From assembly GCA_020426575.1 (NCBI GenBank), contig JAGQPT010000155.1:1-63704 (forward strand): a stretch of DNA of 63,704 nucleotides, given 5' to 3'. Within the stretch, counting starts at the first letter, position 1, and each line of letters begins with the position of its first letter. This document shows, in pieces, positions 53,187-62,344 of the stretch. A program made the translations under genes and the position numbers. Under the pieces are notes generated by a model that was not told the origin of the DNA, did no database searches, and saw nothing but the letters and a program-made list of their open reading frames with translations. This stretch comes from Planctomycetales bacterium. GTDB taxonomy: Bacteria; Planctomycetota; Planctomycetia; Pirellulales; JAEUIK01.

Positions 53187-53831
53187 ATGAGACACCGAAA
53201 GCGCGGACGCACGCTGGGCCGCAGCTCGAGCCACCGCAAGGCGATGATCCGCAACCTCGCCAGCAGCTTGTTCCTCACCGAGCGTGAGTATGAGCCGGAG
53301 GAGGACGGTGCGCCGAAGGTACCCGGGCGCGTCGTCACCACTCTGCAGAAGGCCAAAGAGGCCCGCTCGCTGGTGGAAAAGTGCATCACGCTCGCCCGGC
53401 ATTCGATACCGGCTCAGGAAGAAGCGCGGAAGTTCGAAACCGACGCCGAGCGGAACACCGACCAATGGCGCAGTTGGCGCAAGAGCGAGCAGTGGCAGAA
53501 GTGGTGTGCTGCGATCGCCCCGGTGGTGACTGCCCGTCGCCGCGCCGTACAACTGCTGGGCGACAAGGAAGCGGTGCAGATTCTGTTTGACGAAATCGCG
53601 CCGCGGTTCGAGGATCGGCCGGGTGGGTATACTCGCGTGGTACGGTTGGCGACGCCGCGTTTGGGCGACGGCGGAACTCAGGCGATCTTCGAGTTCGTCG
53701 GAGTGCGTGACCGCGTCGTACAGCGCTCAGTGGCGCCGTCGTTCGAAGACGACGTCGTGAAGGCGCCGCGCAAGCCCGCCGCCGAGGAAACAGCGGAGCC
53801 TGGCGACGCTGAGAAGAAAGACGCGGAATAG
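53187..53831 (+). CDS. rplQ: 50S ribosomal protein L17 (long form with insertions)
   Basis: MRHRKRGRTLGRSSSHRKAMIRNLASSL...FDEIAPRFEDRPGGYTRVVRL. 214 aa, against roughly 127 aa in E. coli. Confidence 0.93.
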   Translation: MRHRKRGRTLGRSSSHRKAMIRNLASSLFLTEREYEPEEDGAPKVPGRVVTTLQKAKEARSLVEKCITLARHSIPAQEEARKFETDAERNTDQWRSWRKSEQWQKWCAAIAPVVTARRRAVQLLGDKEAVQILFDEIAPRFEDRPGGYTRVVRLATPRLGDGGTQAIFEFVGVRDRVVQRSVAPSFEDDVVKAPRKPAAEETAEPGDAEKKDAE

Positions 53832-53868
53832 GCCGCGTTCCAAGCGGGCTGCGGGGCCACGGCGACAG

Positions 53869-54474
53869 ATGGGTTTTTCCGCCATGGATGAGCGGACAGC
53901 GCGACCCTTCGACTTCACGGCGCACGTCGAGCGCCTCGCTGCCGACGTCAGCCGGCGGGTGCCGGAGCTGGGCCACGTCGATGTAGCTCGCGTGGCGTTC
54001 AGTTGGAGCCAGACCCGCAAGGCAGTTCCCTACGGCATTTACGCGTCGCTCACGCCGCTACGCTTTCGCGGTGGAGCGTTGAGTGAACAGCGTGACGGTC
54101 AGACGTGGGTCACGCAGCGGATCGTGGACCGCGATGGTCGCGACTTTCTCTACCTGATGACGTTTTACCTGCCGCGCTTTCTCAACTGCCGGGCCGGGGA
54201 AAAGCTGGAAACGCTGGTGCACGAGATGTGGCACATCGGTCCCGCGTTTGACGGAGACCTGCGCCGTCACGCCGGCCGCTGCTATGCCCACGGGCCTTCG
54301 CAGGTGGCGTTCGACGCCAAGGTGTCGGCACTCACGCGGCAGTACCTCGATACGTCGCCAGCGGATGAGTTGCTGGCATTCTTGCGGCACAACCACCGTG
54401 GGCTGTGCCGTCGGTTCGGCGGCGTGGTCGGCCGCCGCATCCCCCGTCCCCGGCTGCTGCCGAAGACGGGGTGA
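53869..54474 (+). CDS. HExxH putative metallopeptidase-like protein
   Basis: 201-aa ORF, 37 nt after rplQ on the same strand. The motif LETLVHEMWHIGPAFDGDLRRH and the preceding FLYLMTFYLPRF block resemble the small 'putative metallopeptidase' family. Confidence 0.6.
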   Translation: MGFSAMDERTARPFDFTAHVERLAADVSRRVPELGHVDVARVAFSWSQTRKAVPYGIYASLTPLRFRGGALSEQRDGQTWVTQRIVDRDGRDFLYLMTFYLPRFLNCRAGEKLETLVHEMWHIGPAFDGDLRRHAGRCYAHGPSQVAFDAKVSALTRQYLDTSPADELLAFLRHNHRGLCRRFGGVVGRRIPRPRLLPKTG

Positions 54475-54487
54475 GTACGCGGTCGAG

Positions 54488-55621
54488 TCAGGCCGACTGC
54501 TCGGCGAGCAGTGCCGAGCGTTTCACGTCGAGCGTTTTCATCAGGGCGTCGAAGGCGTCGGAGAATTTCCTCACACCGTCGATTTGCAGGTCGTCGGTCA
54601 TCCGATCGAGGTCGATTCCAAAACTGCTGAGTTGGGCGAGGTCATTGCGGGCCTGTTCGACCCCTTGGCAGACGGTATCGCCGCGGACGACACCGTGGTC
54701 CCGAAACGCCTCGAGCGTGGCGGGCGGCATTGTGTTGACCGTGTCGGGGCCAATCAATTCTTCGACGTAGAGCACGTCGCTATAAGCGGGGCTCTTCGTG
54801 CTAGTGCTGGCCCAGAGCACGCGTTGCGGCCGCGCACCACGTTGACGCAACTCGGCAAACGCGTCGTCAGAGAAGATCTGCTGAAAGCGCTGATAGGCGA
54901 CGCGAGCGTTGGCAATGGCCGTGCGTCCCTTGAGCGCCAGGGCGGCCTCGCTGCCATCGTCGTCCAGCGCGGCGTCGACTACGCCGTCGATGCGACTGAC
55001 GAAGAAACTGGCCACTGAAGCGATGTCGTGCGGTTTTTTGACGCGCTGGAGCCCGCGGATGTAGGCTTCGGCAATGGCTGCGTAACCTTCGACGGAAAAT
55101 AACAGCGTGCTGTTGATGTTGATGCCGTCGGCCGTGAGCGTTTCGATCGCCTCGACACCGGCGGTGGTCCCCGGGACCTTGATCATGACGTTGGGTCGGT
55201 CCACGGTGGCAAACAAGCGACGAGCTTCGTCGATCGATCCCGAGGCGTCGTCGGCCAGGTGGGGAGAGACTTCGAGGCTGACGTAACCGTCGTCGCCACC
55301 GCTAGCGTCGTAAACCGTGCGCAAGGCGTCAGCCGAGGCCTGGATGTCGGCCACGGCGAGTGCCTCGTACAGGTCGACGGTCTTGATGTCGGCGTTCGCC
55401 GCAATCAACTCGCTGATTTGCTCGTGATATTCATCGCTCTCACCAATGGCGCGGCGAAAGATGTCGGGATTGCTCGTCATGCCGCGGACGCCGTCCTCGG
55501 CGATGAGCCGGCTGAGTTCTCCGCTGGCGATCAACTGCCGGCGAATGTAATCGAGCCAGACCGACTGGCCATGCGGGTGCAGTTGTTGAAGCGGGTTCAC
55601 GCGATTCCCTCCCTTGGACAT
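54488..55621 (-). CDS. tal: Transaldolase (long type)
   Basis: NPLQQLHPHGQSVWLDYIRRQLI...GMTSNPDIF...VMIKVPGT (Schiff-base Lys context)...FFVSRID. Confidence 0.93.
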   Translation of the reverse strand: MSKGGNRVNPLQQLHPHGQSVWLDYIRRQLIASGELSRLIAEDGVRGMTSNPDIFRRAIGESDEYHEQISELIAANADIKTVDLYEALAVADIQASADALRTVYDASGGDDGYVSLEVSPHLADDASGSIDEARRLFATVDRPNVMIKVPGTTAGVEAIETLTADGININSTLLFSVEGYAAIAEAYIRGLQRVKKPHDIASVASFFVSRIDGVVDAALDDDGSEAALALKGRTAIANARVAYQRFQQIFSDDAFAELRQRGARPQRVLWASTSTKSPAYSDVLYVEELIGPDTVNTMPPATLEAFRDHGVVRGDTVCQGVEQARNDLAQLSSFGIDLDRMTDDLQIDGVRKFSDAFDALMKTLDVKRSALLAEQSA

Positions 55622-56401
55622 GGTGATGAGCGATGGCGGCGCGGGCGACGCCCCCCGGCTATGCCCGACAGCGCCATGATTCAGCGCGACGGCTCCGTGG
55701 ACGCCGTAACGTCCTGCGACCGTGCGTTGACGATACGTCTTGACGAAAATGGTACGTTGCGCTGACGTTCATTGTTTTCGCGTCGCTAAGCGTCGTGCAA
55801 GGGGGAAGCAATTTTCCCGTCCAAGGTGTCTGGCAAACAACTTGAACGGCCTGGCGAAAAACGTTGTGCGGGCGTGCACGGATGGCGGCCGGCCGGCGGA
55901 CGACGTTTCGCGCATCGCTGTTTTTTAACTGTCCCTGATCCTTTTTCGCTTGCGACGGCCGCACCAGCCGTGGACGTTCGAGCAGAGAACGTTGACGATC
56001 GTTGCGCCAGCGGCGACCGACATGCTCGGCGAGCGACCGTCTCGAACGTCTTCGACTGGCCCCATCACGGCGAGTAGCGCGGCGATGTGCTCTGTGAGAA
56101 TCCCTCGGCAAGGGTTCGGGCAAAGCCGACACTCCGGGAATGTCCACCCCACTTGAGGGGCGTTATGGGAAACAGGGTGGGGGCGTGGCGACGAGGCCAG
56201 TCCAACGTCGCGAACCGCCGTCAAACGGGTGGGCTCTCGGTGCCGATTGGGTGGCGCGGCAGACCGCGACGGGCCCCCATTGCCGACCGGCGGCGGCCCC
56301 CTCGGCATCAGCCGGTTTCCCGGCTGACCGGTTTGTGGAATACTTGTCGATGAAAGTCCACCGACCCGCACGGTATTCGTTCACCCCCCGGTCGCATCAC
56401 G

Positions 56402-59197
56402 ATGAAGTCGTCCCCATCCGAATTACCTTCTCCCGCTGTCCGCCGCGGCGGTCAGGAATCAAGTGACAATGATCTCCGCTGCGAGATTGCCTATTTGGGG
56501 GGCCTGCTCGGCGAAACCATCGAGTTGATCGCCGGGAGCGAGGGGTTGCGGCTCGTCGAAGAGTTGCGCCGACTCGCCTGGGAGCGTCGCCAAGCTCGAC
56601 CCGGCGCTCAAGACGAGCTGAAGCAGTTTGTCGTCGGGCTCGACCACGACCAAATGCGGGTAGCGATCCGCGCTTTCACGATCTTCCTCGACCTGGCAAA
56701 CGTTGCCGAGGACCGTAAACGTGTCAACGTGCTCAAGGCCCGCGAGGCGAAGGCGTATCCCGCGGCGCGGGCCGAGTCGGTGTACGACGCGATTTCGCGA
56801 ATCTGCGCATCGGGAAAACCGGCCGGCGACGTGCAGCGAATGCTCGACCAATTGCACGTCGAGCTGGTGTTCACGGCCCATCCGACCGAGGCCAAGCGGC
56901 GGTCGGTCCGCCACAAATTGAGGACGATTCGCAAGCTACTGTACTCCAAGGACGAAGAGACGCTGCCGGCCGATTGTGATCGCACGGAGCGGCTCTTGCG
57001 GACCGAGCTGATCAAGTTGTGGCAGACCGACTTCATCCGCCCCTGGCGACCGTCGGTGCTGCAAGAAGTCGAGCGCGGCCTTTCGATCAAACCGGTACTT
57101 TGGGAAACGGTGCCGCACCTGTTGCGCGACATGCGCCGGGCGTTAGTGGACGTGTTTCCCGATAAGACGCCGCGGACGCGCCGCTGTGTGACGTTCGGGT
57201 CATGGATCGGCGGCGACCGCGATGGGCACCCGGGAGTGACGGCCGACGTCACGGAGCAGACGTTCGTGTGGCTGCGTAAGGCAGCGCTCGAGATGCAGAT
57301 CGACAACTGCAACACGATCTTCGAGTCGCTGAGTCTATCGCAGCGGCAGTACAACTTCGGCGCGGCGCTGAACAGCGCGGTTTACGCCGCCTGCGAGTAT
57401 TGGCCGCAACTTGAAGTGGAACTGGCCAACATTCCGCCGAACGAAGTGTGTCGTCGTTGGGTGGGAACGATCAATTGGCGGTTGCGGCAGACGCAGCACG
57501 TCACGCTCGACGGCGGCTACGCCGAAGGGGCGTATCGTTCACCGGTCGAGCTGGCACGCGACGTCTCGACGCTTTACGACGCGGTGGTGCAGTCACCGGC
57601 CGGCGAACTCTTGGGAGAAGAAGTGCAGACCTGGCTGGACCGGATCGAAACGTTTGGATTCCACCTGGCACGCCTCGACGTTCGCCAGGACGGCCGCCGC
57701 CATCGGGCCGTGATCGACGAGTTGCTCAAGGCGGCGAACCTCTGCAGCGATCCCGCTTCGCTTGACGAACCGGGTCGCCAGGCCGTGCTGGTCGACTCGC
57801 TCGACCGCAAGCTGCAATTGCCCGCCGGGCGCATCTCCGACGAGACGCGCGAAACGCTCAACTTGTTCCAACTGCTGCACCGCGTGGTGAGCGTGTTTGG
57901 CGAGCAGGCGATCGGTGGGCACGTCATCAGCATGACCCACGCGCCGAGCGACGTGATCAGCGTGCTCTGGCTGTGGCGTCAGACGGCGATCGATTCGATC
58001 GCCTACGAAGGCGAAGCCGACTTCGACCTGCCGATCATGCCGCTCTTCGAGACGATCGACGATTTGGTGCGGGGGCCGGAGATTTTGGCCGGCATGTTCA
58101 CCGTCACCCCTTACCGAGAACAGGTCCGTCGCCAGCAGAACCAGCAGACGGTGATGCTCGGCTATTCCGACAGCACAAAGGACGGCGGTTATTTGTCGGC
58201 GTGCTGGTGGCTTTATAAGGCCCAGCAAGCGCTCTGCGGCGTTGCGGCTGAGCACGACGTCGAGTTGACCTTCTTCCACGGACGAGGTGGTTCGCTGGGA
58301 CGCGGCGGTGGACCGACGGCACGCAGCATCCTTTCCCTCCCGGCCGGTGCCTTCCACGGCTCGTTGCGGCTGACCGAGCAAGGCGAAGTGCTGGCGGACC
58401 GCTACGACGATCCCCATATCGCCTATCGCCATCTCGAGCAGGTCGTCTGGTCGTCGTTGCTGGCCAGCAGCCGCGAGGCGGATCCGCAACACAAGGAGTG
58501 GGCCGAGTTGATGCAGAAGCTGGCCGACGAGTCGCTGCACAGTTACCGACACCTGGTCGAGCAGCCCGGCTTTGTCGACTTCTTTCGGCAGTCGACCCCC
58601 ATCGGCGAAGTCGAGCAATTGCCGATTGGTTCGCGCCCCTCGCGGCGCAAGAGTGGTGGCAACCTCTCCGACCTGCGGGCGATCCCCTGGGTCTTCTCCT
58701 GGACACAGTGCCGCTGCTTGATCCCAGCATGGTATGGGCTAGGCAGCGCGTTGGCCAAGCTGCTCGGTGACGACGCGACCCGCGAGCGATTGCAGTCGAT
58801 GTACCGAGAGTGGCCATATTTCCGAGCGACGATCGACAACGCCGAGCTCGCCCTGGCCAAGGCCGATCTCGGCATCGCCGAACAATACGCCCACCTGGCC
58901 GGTGCGGCCGAGACACTGGCGCGCGTCGGCGAACTGATCGTCGCCGAGTATCGCGCTTCGTGCGACGCCGTGCTCGCGCTCACCGGTTGTGCCGAGCTGC
59001 TCGACGGCACGGCCTGGCTCAAGGAGTCGATCCGCCTGCGCAACCGTTACATCGACCCACTCAACTTCATCCAGATCGAACTGTTGCGGAGACTACGGGC
59101 CACGTCGCCCCGTGACGTCGAAGTGATGGAAGAACTGCGGCACTTGACGCGGCTGACGATCAACGGCGTCGCCACCGGGATGCGTACGAGTGGTTAG
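56402..59197 (+). CDS. ppc: Phosphoenolpyruvate carboxylase
   Basis: VFTAHPTEAKRRS, GSWIGGDRDGHP, MLGYSDSTKDGG, FHGRGGSLGRGGGP, and the C-terminal INGVATGMRTSG. Confidence 0.96.
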   Translation: MKSSPSELPSPAVRRGGQESSDNDLRCEIAYLGGLLGETIELIAGSEGLRLVEELRRLAWERRQARPGAQDELKQFVVGLDHDQMRVAIRAFTIFLDLANVAEDRKRVNVLKAREAKAYPAARAESVYDAISRICASGKPAGDVQRMLDQLHVELVFTAHPTEAKRRSVRHKLRTIRKLLYSKDEETLPADCDRTERLLRTELIKLWQTDFIRPWRPSVLQEVERGLSIKPVLWETVPHLLRDMRRALVDVFPDKTPRTRRCVTFGSWIGGDRDGHPGVTADVTEQTFVWLRKAALEMQIDNCNTIFESLSLSQRQYNFGAALNSAVYAACEYWPQLEVELANIPPNEVCRRWVGTINWRLRQTQHVTLDGGYAEGAYRSPVELARDVSTLYDAVVQSPAGELLGEEVQTWLDRIETFGFHLARLDVRQDGRRHRAVIDELLKAANLCSDPASLDEPGRQAVLVDSLDRKLQLPAGRISDETRETLNLFQLLHRVVSVFGEQAIGGHVISMTHAPSDVISVLWLWRQTAIDSIAYEGEADFDLPIMPLFETIDDLVRGPEILAGMFTVTPYREQVRRQQNQQTVMLGYSDSTKDGGYLSACWWLYKAQQALCGVAAEHDVELTFFHGRGGSLGRGGGPTARSILSLPAGAFHGSLRLTEQGEVLADRYDDPHIAYRHLEQVVWSSLLASSREADPQHKEWAELMQKLADESLHSYRHLVEQPGFVDFFRQSTPIGEVEQLPIGSRPSRRKSGGNLSDLRAIPWVFSWTQCRCLIPAWYGLGSALAKLLGDDATRERLQSMYREWPYFRATIDNAELALAKADLGIAEQYAHLAGAAETLARVGELIVAEYRASCDAVLALTGCAELLDGTAWLKESIRLRNRYIDPLNFIQIELLRRLRATSPRDVEVMEELRHLTRLTINGVATGMRTSG

Positions 59198-59280
59198 GCA
59201 ACGTCGCATTCCAATTGCCGGTCACAATTCACTAGTCGGCCAATTCACTTTCACTTCGCCGACGATTGCTGACCGACGGC

Positions 59281-59763
59281 TCACTTGTTGGCCGACGGCG
59301 GCTCGGCGGCGTCGCCGGAAAAGCGATCGCCTGGAGCTTTCTGCAGCTCGGCCTGTAACCAAATAAGATCGGAGTTCTCTGGATCGAGTTGCAGGCCGGC
59401 TTGGCAGTCTGCCAGGGCGCCGGCTTCGTCGCCCTGTTCCAACCGGATGCGGGCACGTTCGTTGTAGGCATAGAACGACGGCCGTTCGTCGAGCGCCTGC
59501 GTGAGCAGGTCAATCGCCTTTTGCAGCTCGCCCGCCGCCGCAGCGTCCTGGGCCTGCCGCACGAGATCGTCCGTTTTCACCTTCGCGTCACTGCCGCACC
59601 CGGCGGCCAAGTACAACAGGGCCAGGCACGTCAGGGCGCAGCATAGCAGGCGCGGGCGAGCGCTCCACGCCGAAACCGGCGCAGCGCCATACACGTCTGA
59701 GTCCGGATCATACAACGTTCGATTTAACACGTGTCGAAACCACCCATCGCAAGAGGACGTCAC
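59281..59763 (-). CDS. TPR-repeat lipoprotein
   Basis: Lipobox LYLAAGC, then TPR-like helices ([48 protein letters not shown]). The GTG start overlaps the upstream stop (GTGA). Alternative GTG at 59694. Confidence 0.7.
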   Translation of the reverse strand: MTSSCDGWFRHVLNRTLYDPDSDVYGAAPVSAWSARPRLLCCALTCLALLYLAAGCGSDAKVKTDDLVRQAQDAAAAGELQKAIDLLTQALDERPSFYAYNERARIRLEQGDEAGALADCQAGLQLDPENSDLIWLQAELQKAPGDRFSGDAAEPPSANK

Positions 59764-60764
59764 TGGTCAAACCCGCTGACGGGGTTTCCATCGGCCCGCG
59801 AGCCGAGATAGCTCCACGTCATCGTGTCGATGCCGTCGTTGATCATGTGCACGGAACCGTCGGTCAGCAGCATGTTGGCGCCGCCGGGATGGGCGCTGCC
59901 GTAGGCGAGTTCGTTGCTGCCGTTCATTGGCACGCCGGTCGAACCGCAGTGTTCGGAGCCGTCGTTGTCGACGTCGCAGTCGTCGCCACCAATGACCCAG
60001 TGATCCTTGGGGCCGGGCTTGCTACTGCCGAAGATACCACCGCCGCCGGTTGTTTCACGATCTTCGCGAATTTTGATATCGGGCAGGGCTTCGCCGACGA
60101 TGACCGTGTTGCTCGTGCCGTCTTTGACCTGTCGCAACTCGACGGCACTGTCGCAGAAGATGATGCCGTCGAGGTTCAGTAGCGAGATATCGTTGTACGT
60201 GCCATCCTTGTTGAGCCCTTTTTCGTCGTTGGTCCAGACGCCCGAAGCGCAGCCGAGGTAAGTACCGGGAGCGCGGTTGGGAACGACCCAGTTGTCGGAC
60301 GAGGTGTCCCAGACGTGTTCGGGACCTGGGCAGGAGGGGCAGCGAAACGTGGGAAAGAGCGTTTCGCAAGCGGAAATCTTGGCATTGCGAAGCGAGGGAT
60401 TTGGCGGCTGGGAAAAGGCCCACTGCATGTCCCGGTCTCCGTCGCTCTTGTCAAAGACGATGTTGGCAAACGTACTGTTCTGCTCGACAAACGGAAGCAA
60501 GTACCCCGACCAGGCCGCGCCGCGGGCACGGCGCAAACCGATGGGGAACACCTTGTGGACGTCGTGGTAGTTGATCAGGCCGAGACCGATCTGCTTCATG
60601 TTATTCTGACAACTGGCACGCCGTCCCGCCTCGCGCGCGGCCTGGACGGCCGGCAGCAACAACGCGATCAAAATGCCGATGATGGCGATAACGACCAAAA
60701 GCTCGACTAGGGTGAAAGCGCGTCGCGGGACAATACGCCGCAGGTCTGACGGCTTCGTCTTCAT
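59760..60764 (-). CDS. DUF1559 protein with prepilin-type N-terminal methylation motif and H-X9-DG C-terminus
   Basis: [53 protein letters not shown] at the N-terminus, and [16 protein letters not shown] near the C-terminus. ATG 60764. The listed ORF starts at 60884. Confidence 0.9.
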   Translation of the reverse strand: MKTKPSDLRRIVPRRAFTLVELLVVIAIIGILIALLLPAVQAAREAGRRASCQNNMKQIGLGLINYHDVHKVFPIGLRRARGAAWSGYLLPFVEQNSTFANIVFDKSDGDRDMQWAFSQPPNPSLRNAKISACETLFPTFRCPSCPGPEHVWDTSSDNWVVPNRAPGTYLGCASGVWTNDEKGLNKDGTYNDISLLNLDGIIFCDSAVELRQVKDGTSNTVIVGEALPDIKIREDRETTGGGGIFGSSKPGPKDHWVIGGDDCDVDNDGSEHCGSTGVPMNGSNELAYGSAHPGGANMLLTDGSVHMINDGIDTMTWSYLGSRADGNPVSGFDQ

Positions 60765-60998
60765 GGCTGATTGCTCCAAATTAAACGGGCCACCGAGCAA
60801 TGTGATGCGACCGCGAACGAGTGGTTCGACGTCAAAAGACTCGGTTTTTACGCTATCAAAATCCCCAGCGGCCGCGGAAGCCAACGTTGCGCACGCATTC
60901 TGTCAATTTGCGAAGTGTGGCGCGTCGTCGTGCGTCGGTGATTCAAGATTGTCGATCTCGGCAAGCTTTAACGGGAGCGCTGGCGTGTTTAAGTGAAT

Positions 60999-62216
60999 CT
61001 ATGAGTGTCCTCTCGGCGAGGCCGAGAACCGCTGGCGAAACTCCGACGGAGTCATGCCCACCTCGCGCCGAAACGTTCGCGACAACACTTCGGGACGTTC
61101 GAGACCGCACTCGGCGGCAATGCGATTCATTGTCCACGACGTGCTCACCAGAAGTTGCTTGGCGTTTTGCACGCGCTGACGGCGAATTTCTTCGGCGGGG
61201 GATCGGCCCAATTCGCGCCGGAACAACTGTTCGATGTGGCGACGACTCGTCGGCACTGCAACGAGTATGTCGCTCACGTTAATGCGGTCGTGCACGTGCT
61301 CGTGGATGAAGCGGAGCGCCGCAGCCACCTCTTTGTTTTCCGAGGCAATCGTGTCGGTGGAACGGCGCGTGATCACGCGGATCGGGGAGATCGACACCGG
61401 CGGCGGACGCAACGCCGGGTCGGCAAACATTGCCGACAGCATCCGCGCCGCTTCGTAGCCCACGCGTTCGGGCGAAAGGTCGACACTGGAAAGTTGAGGC
61501 TGAGAAATCCGGCTGCTGAGTTGATCGTGCTCACCTCCCAGGACGGCGACGTCTTCGGGCACGCGGACCCCCAATGTGGCGCACGCGTCGGTGACCTGGC
61601 GACCACGCACCGCGTCGAAGGCAAACAGCCCGATCGGCGTGGGGAGCGATCGCAACCAATTGGCCAGGTTCGCTATGGCGTCGACCGGCGGCGCCGAACC
61701 GCCATCGACGGGTCGCTCCTTCGCCGCGTAGACGTCACAACTGAATCCCTGCGACTTCAGCGTCGCCTGGTAGGCATCGAACAATCGGTCGACGTAGCGG
61801 GGGCGGTGACATGCCGCGCAGTAGGCAAAATGGCGATAGCCGCGGTCCATGAAGTATTCAGCCGCCAGGCGGCCCGCCGCGTCCTCGTCTGCCGTGCAGT
61901 GGGCGATCTGGTCGTCGCCGAGATGGAACCAGGAGACGTCGACGGCGGGTAGTCCGCTGCGAATGATCTGCCGGGAAAGCGCCTCGTGCGTGACCCGGGC
62001 GATGACGCCGTCGCCGTTCCACCGCTCGGGCAGCATCAATTCTTCGTATTTGCCGCGGGGTTCGACAAAGAGCGACCAATTGGCGTGCCGTTGGGCGAAA
62101 TTGGCGACACCTTCGACGATGCCGGCACCCCAACTCGTGGCCGTCTCGGTCACGACGGCGACGCGGCGAGGTGTCTGTTCGGACGGTGAATTTGTGTCAG
62201 GTGCCGCGGCATTCAT
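60999..62216 (-). CDS. XylR-like regulator (periplasmic-binding-fold sensor + AraC-type HTH)
   Basis: RRVAVVTETATSWGAGIVEGVANFA... is a LacI/PBP-like N-terminal domain. C-terminal AraC HTH: IHEHVHDRINVSDILVAV...AKQLLVSTSWTMNRIAAECGLERPEVLSRTFRREVGMTPSEFR. ATG 62216. The ORF is open to 62603. Confidence 0.85.
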   Translation of the reverse strand: MNAAAPDTNSPSEQTPRRVAVVTETATSWGAGIVEGVANFAQRHANWSLFVEPRGKYEELMLPERWNGDGVIARVTHEALSRQIIRSGLPAVDVSWFHLGDDQIAHCTADEDAAGRLAAEYFMDRGYRHFAYCAACHRPRYVDRLFDAYQATLKSQGFSCDVYAAKERPVDGGSAPPVDAIANLANWLRSLPTPIGLFAFDAVRGRQVTDACATLGVRVPEDVAVLGGEHDQLSSRISQPQLSSVDLSPERVGYEAARMLSAMFADPALRPPPVSISPIRVITRRSTDTIASENKEVAAALRFIHEHVHDRINVSDILVAVPTSRRHIEQLFRRELGRSPAEEIRRQRVQNAKQLLVSTSWTMNRIAAECGLERPEVLSRTFRREVGMTPSEFRQRFSASPRGHS

Positions 62217-62267
62217 CGTGAATTGCGGTAGTGCTCTGGTGCTAAAAAACTTCGCTGCCCACTGAAA

Positions 62268-62315
62268 CGCAAAACGGCAGGGGTGCCTCGGGTAGGTCGT
62301 TGCCCGAGGCACCCC
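62268..62315 (-). terminator. Rho-independent terminator after the PEP-CTERM gene
   Basis: Minus strand: GGGGTGCCTCGGG-CAACGACCTA-CCCGAGGCACCCC (13-bp stem) followed by TGCCGTTTTGCG. Confidence 0.6.
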
Positions 62316-62344
62316 GCGCCAAAAAACTACGCGAACCGAATCAT

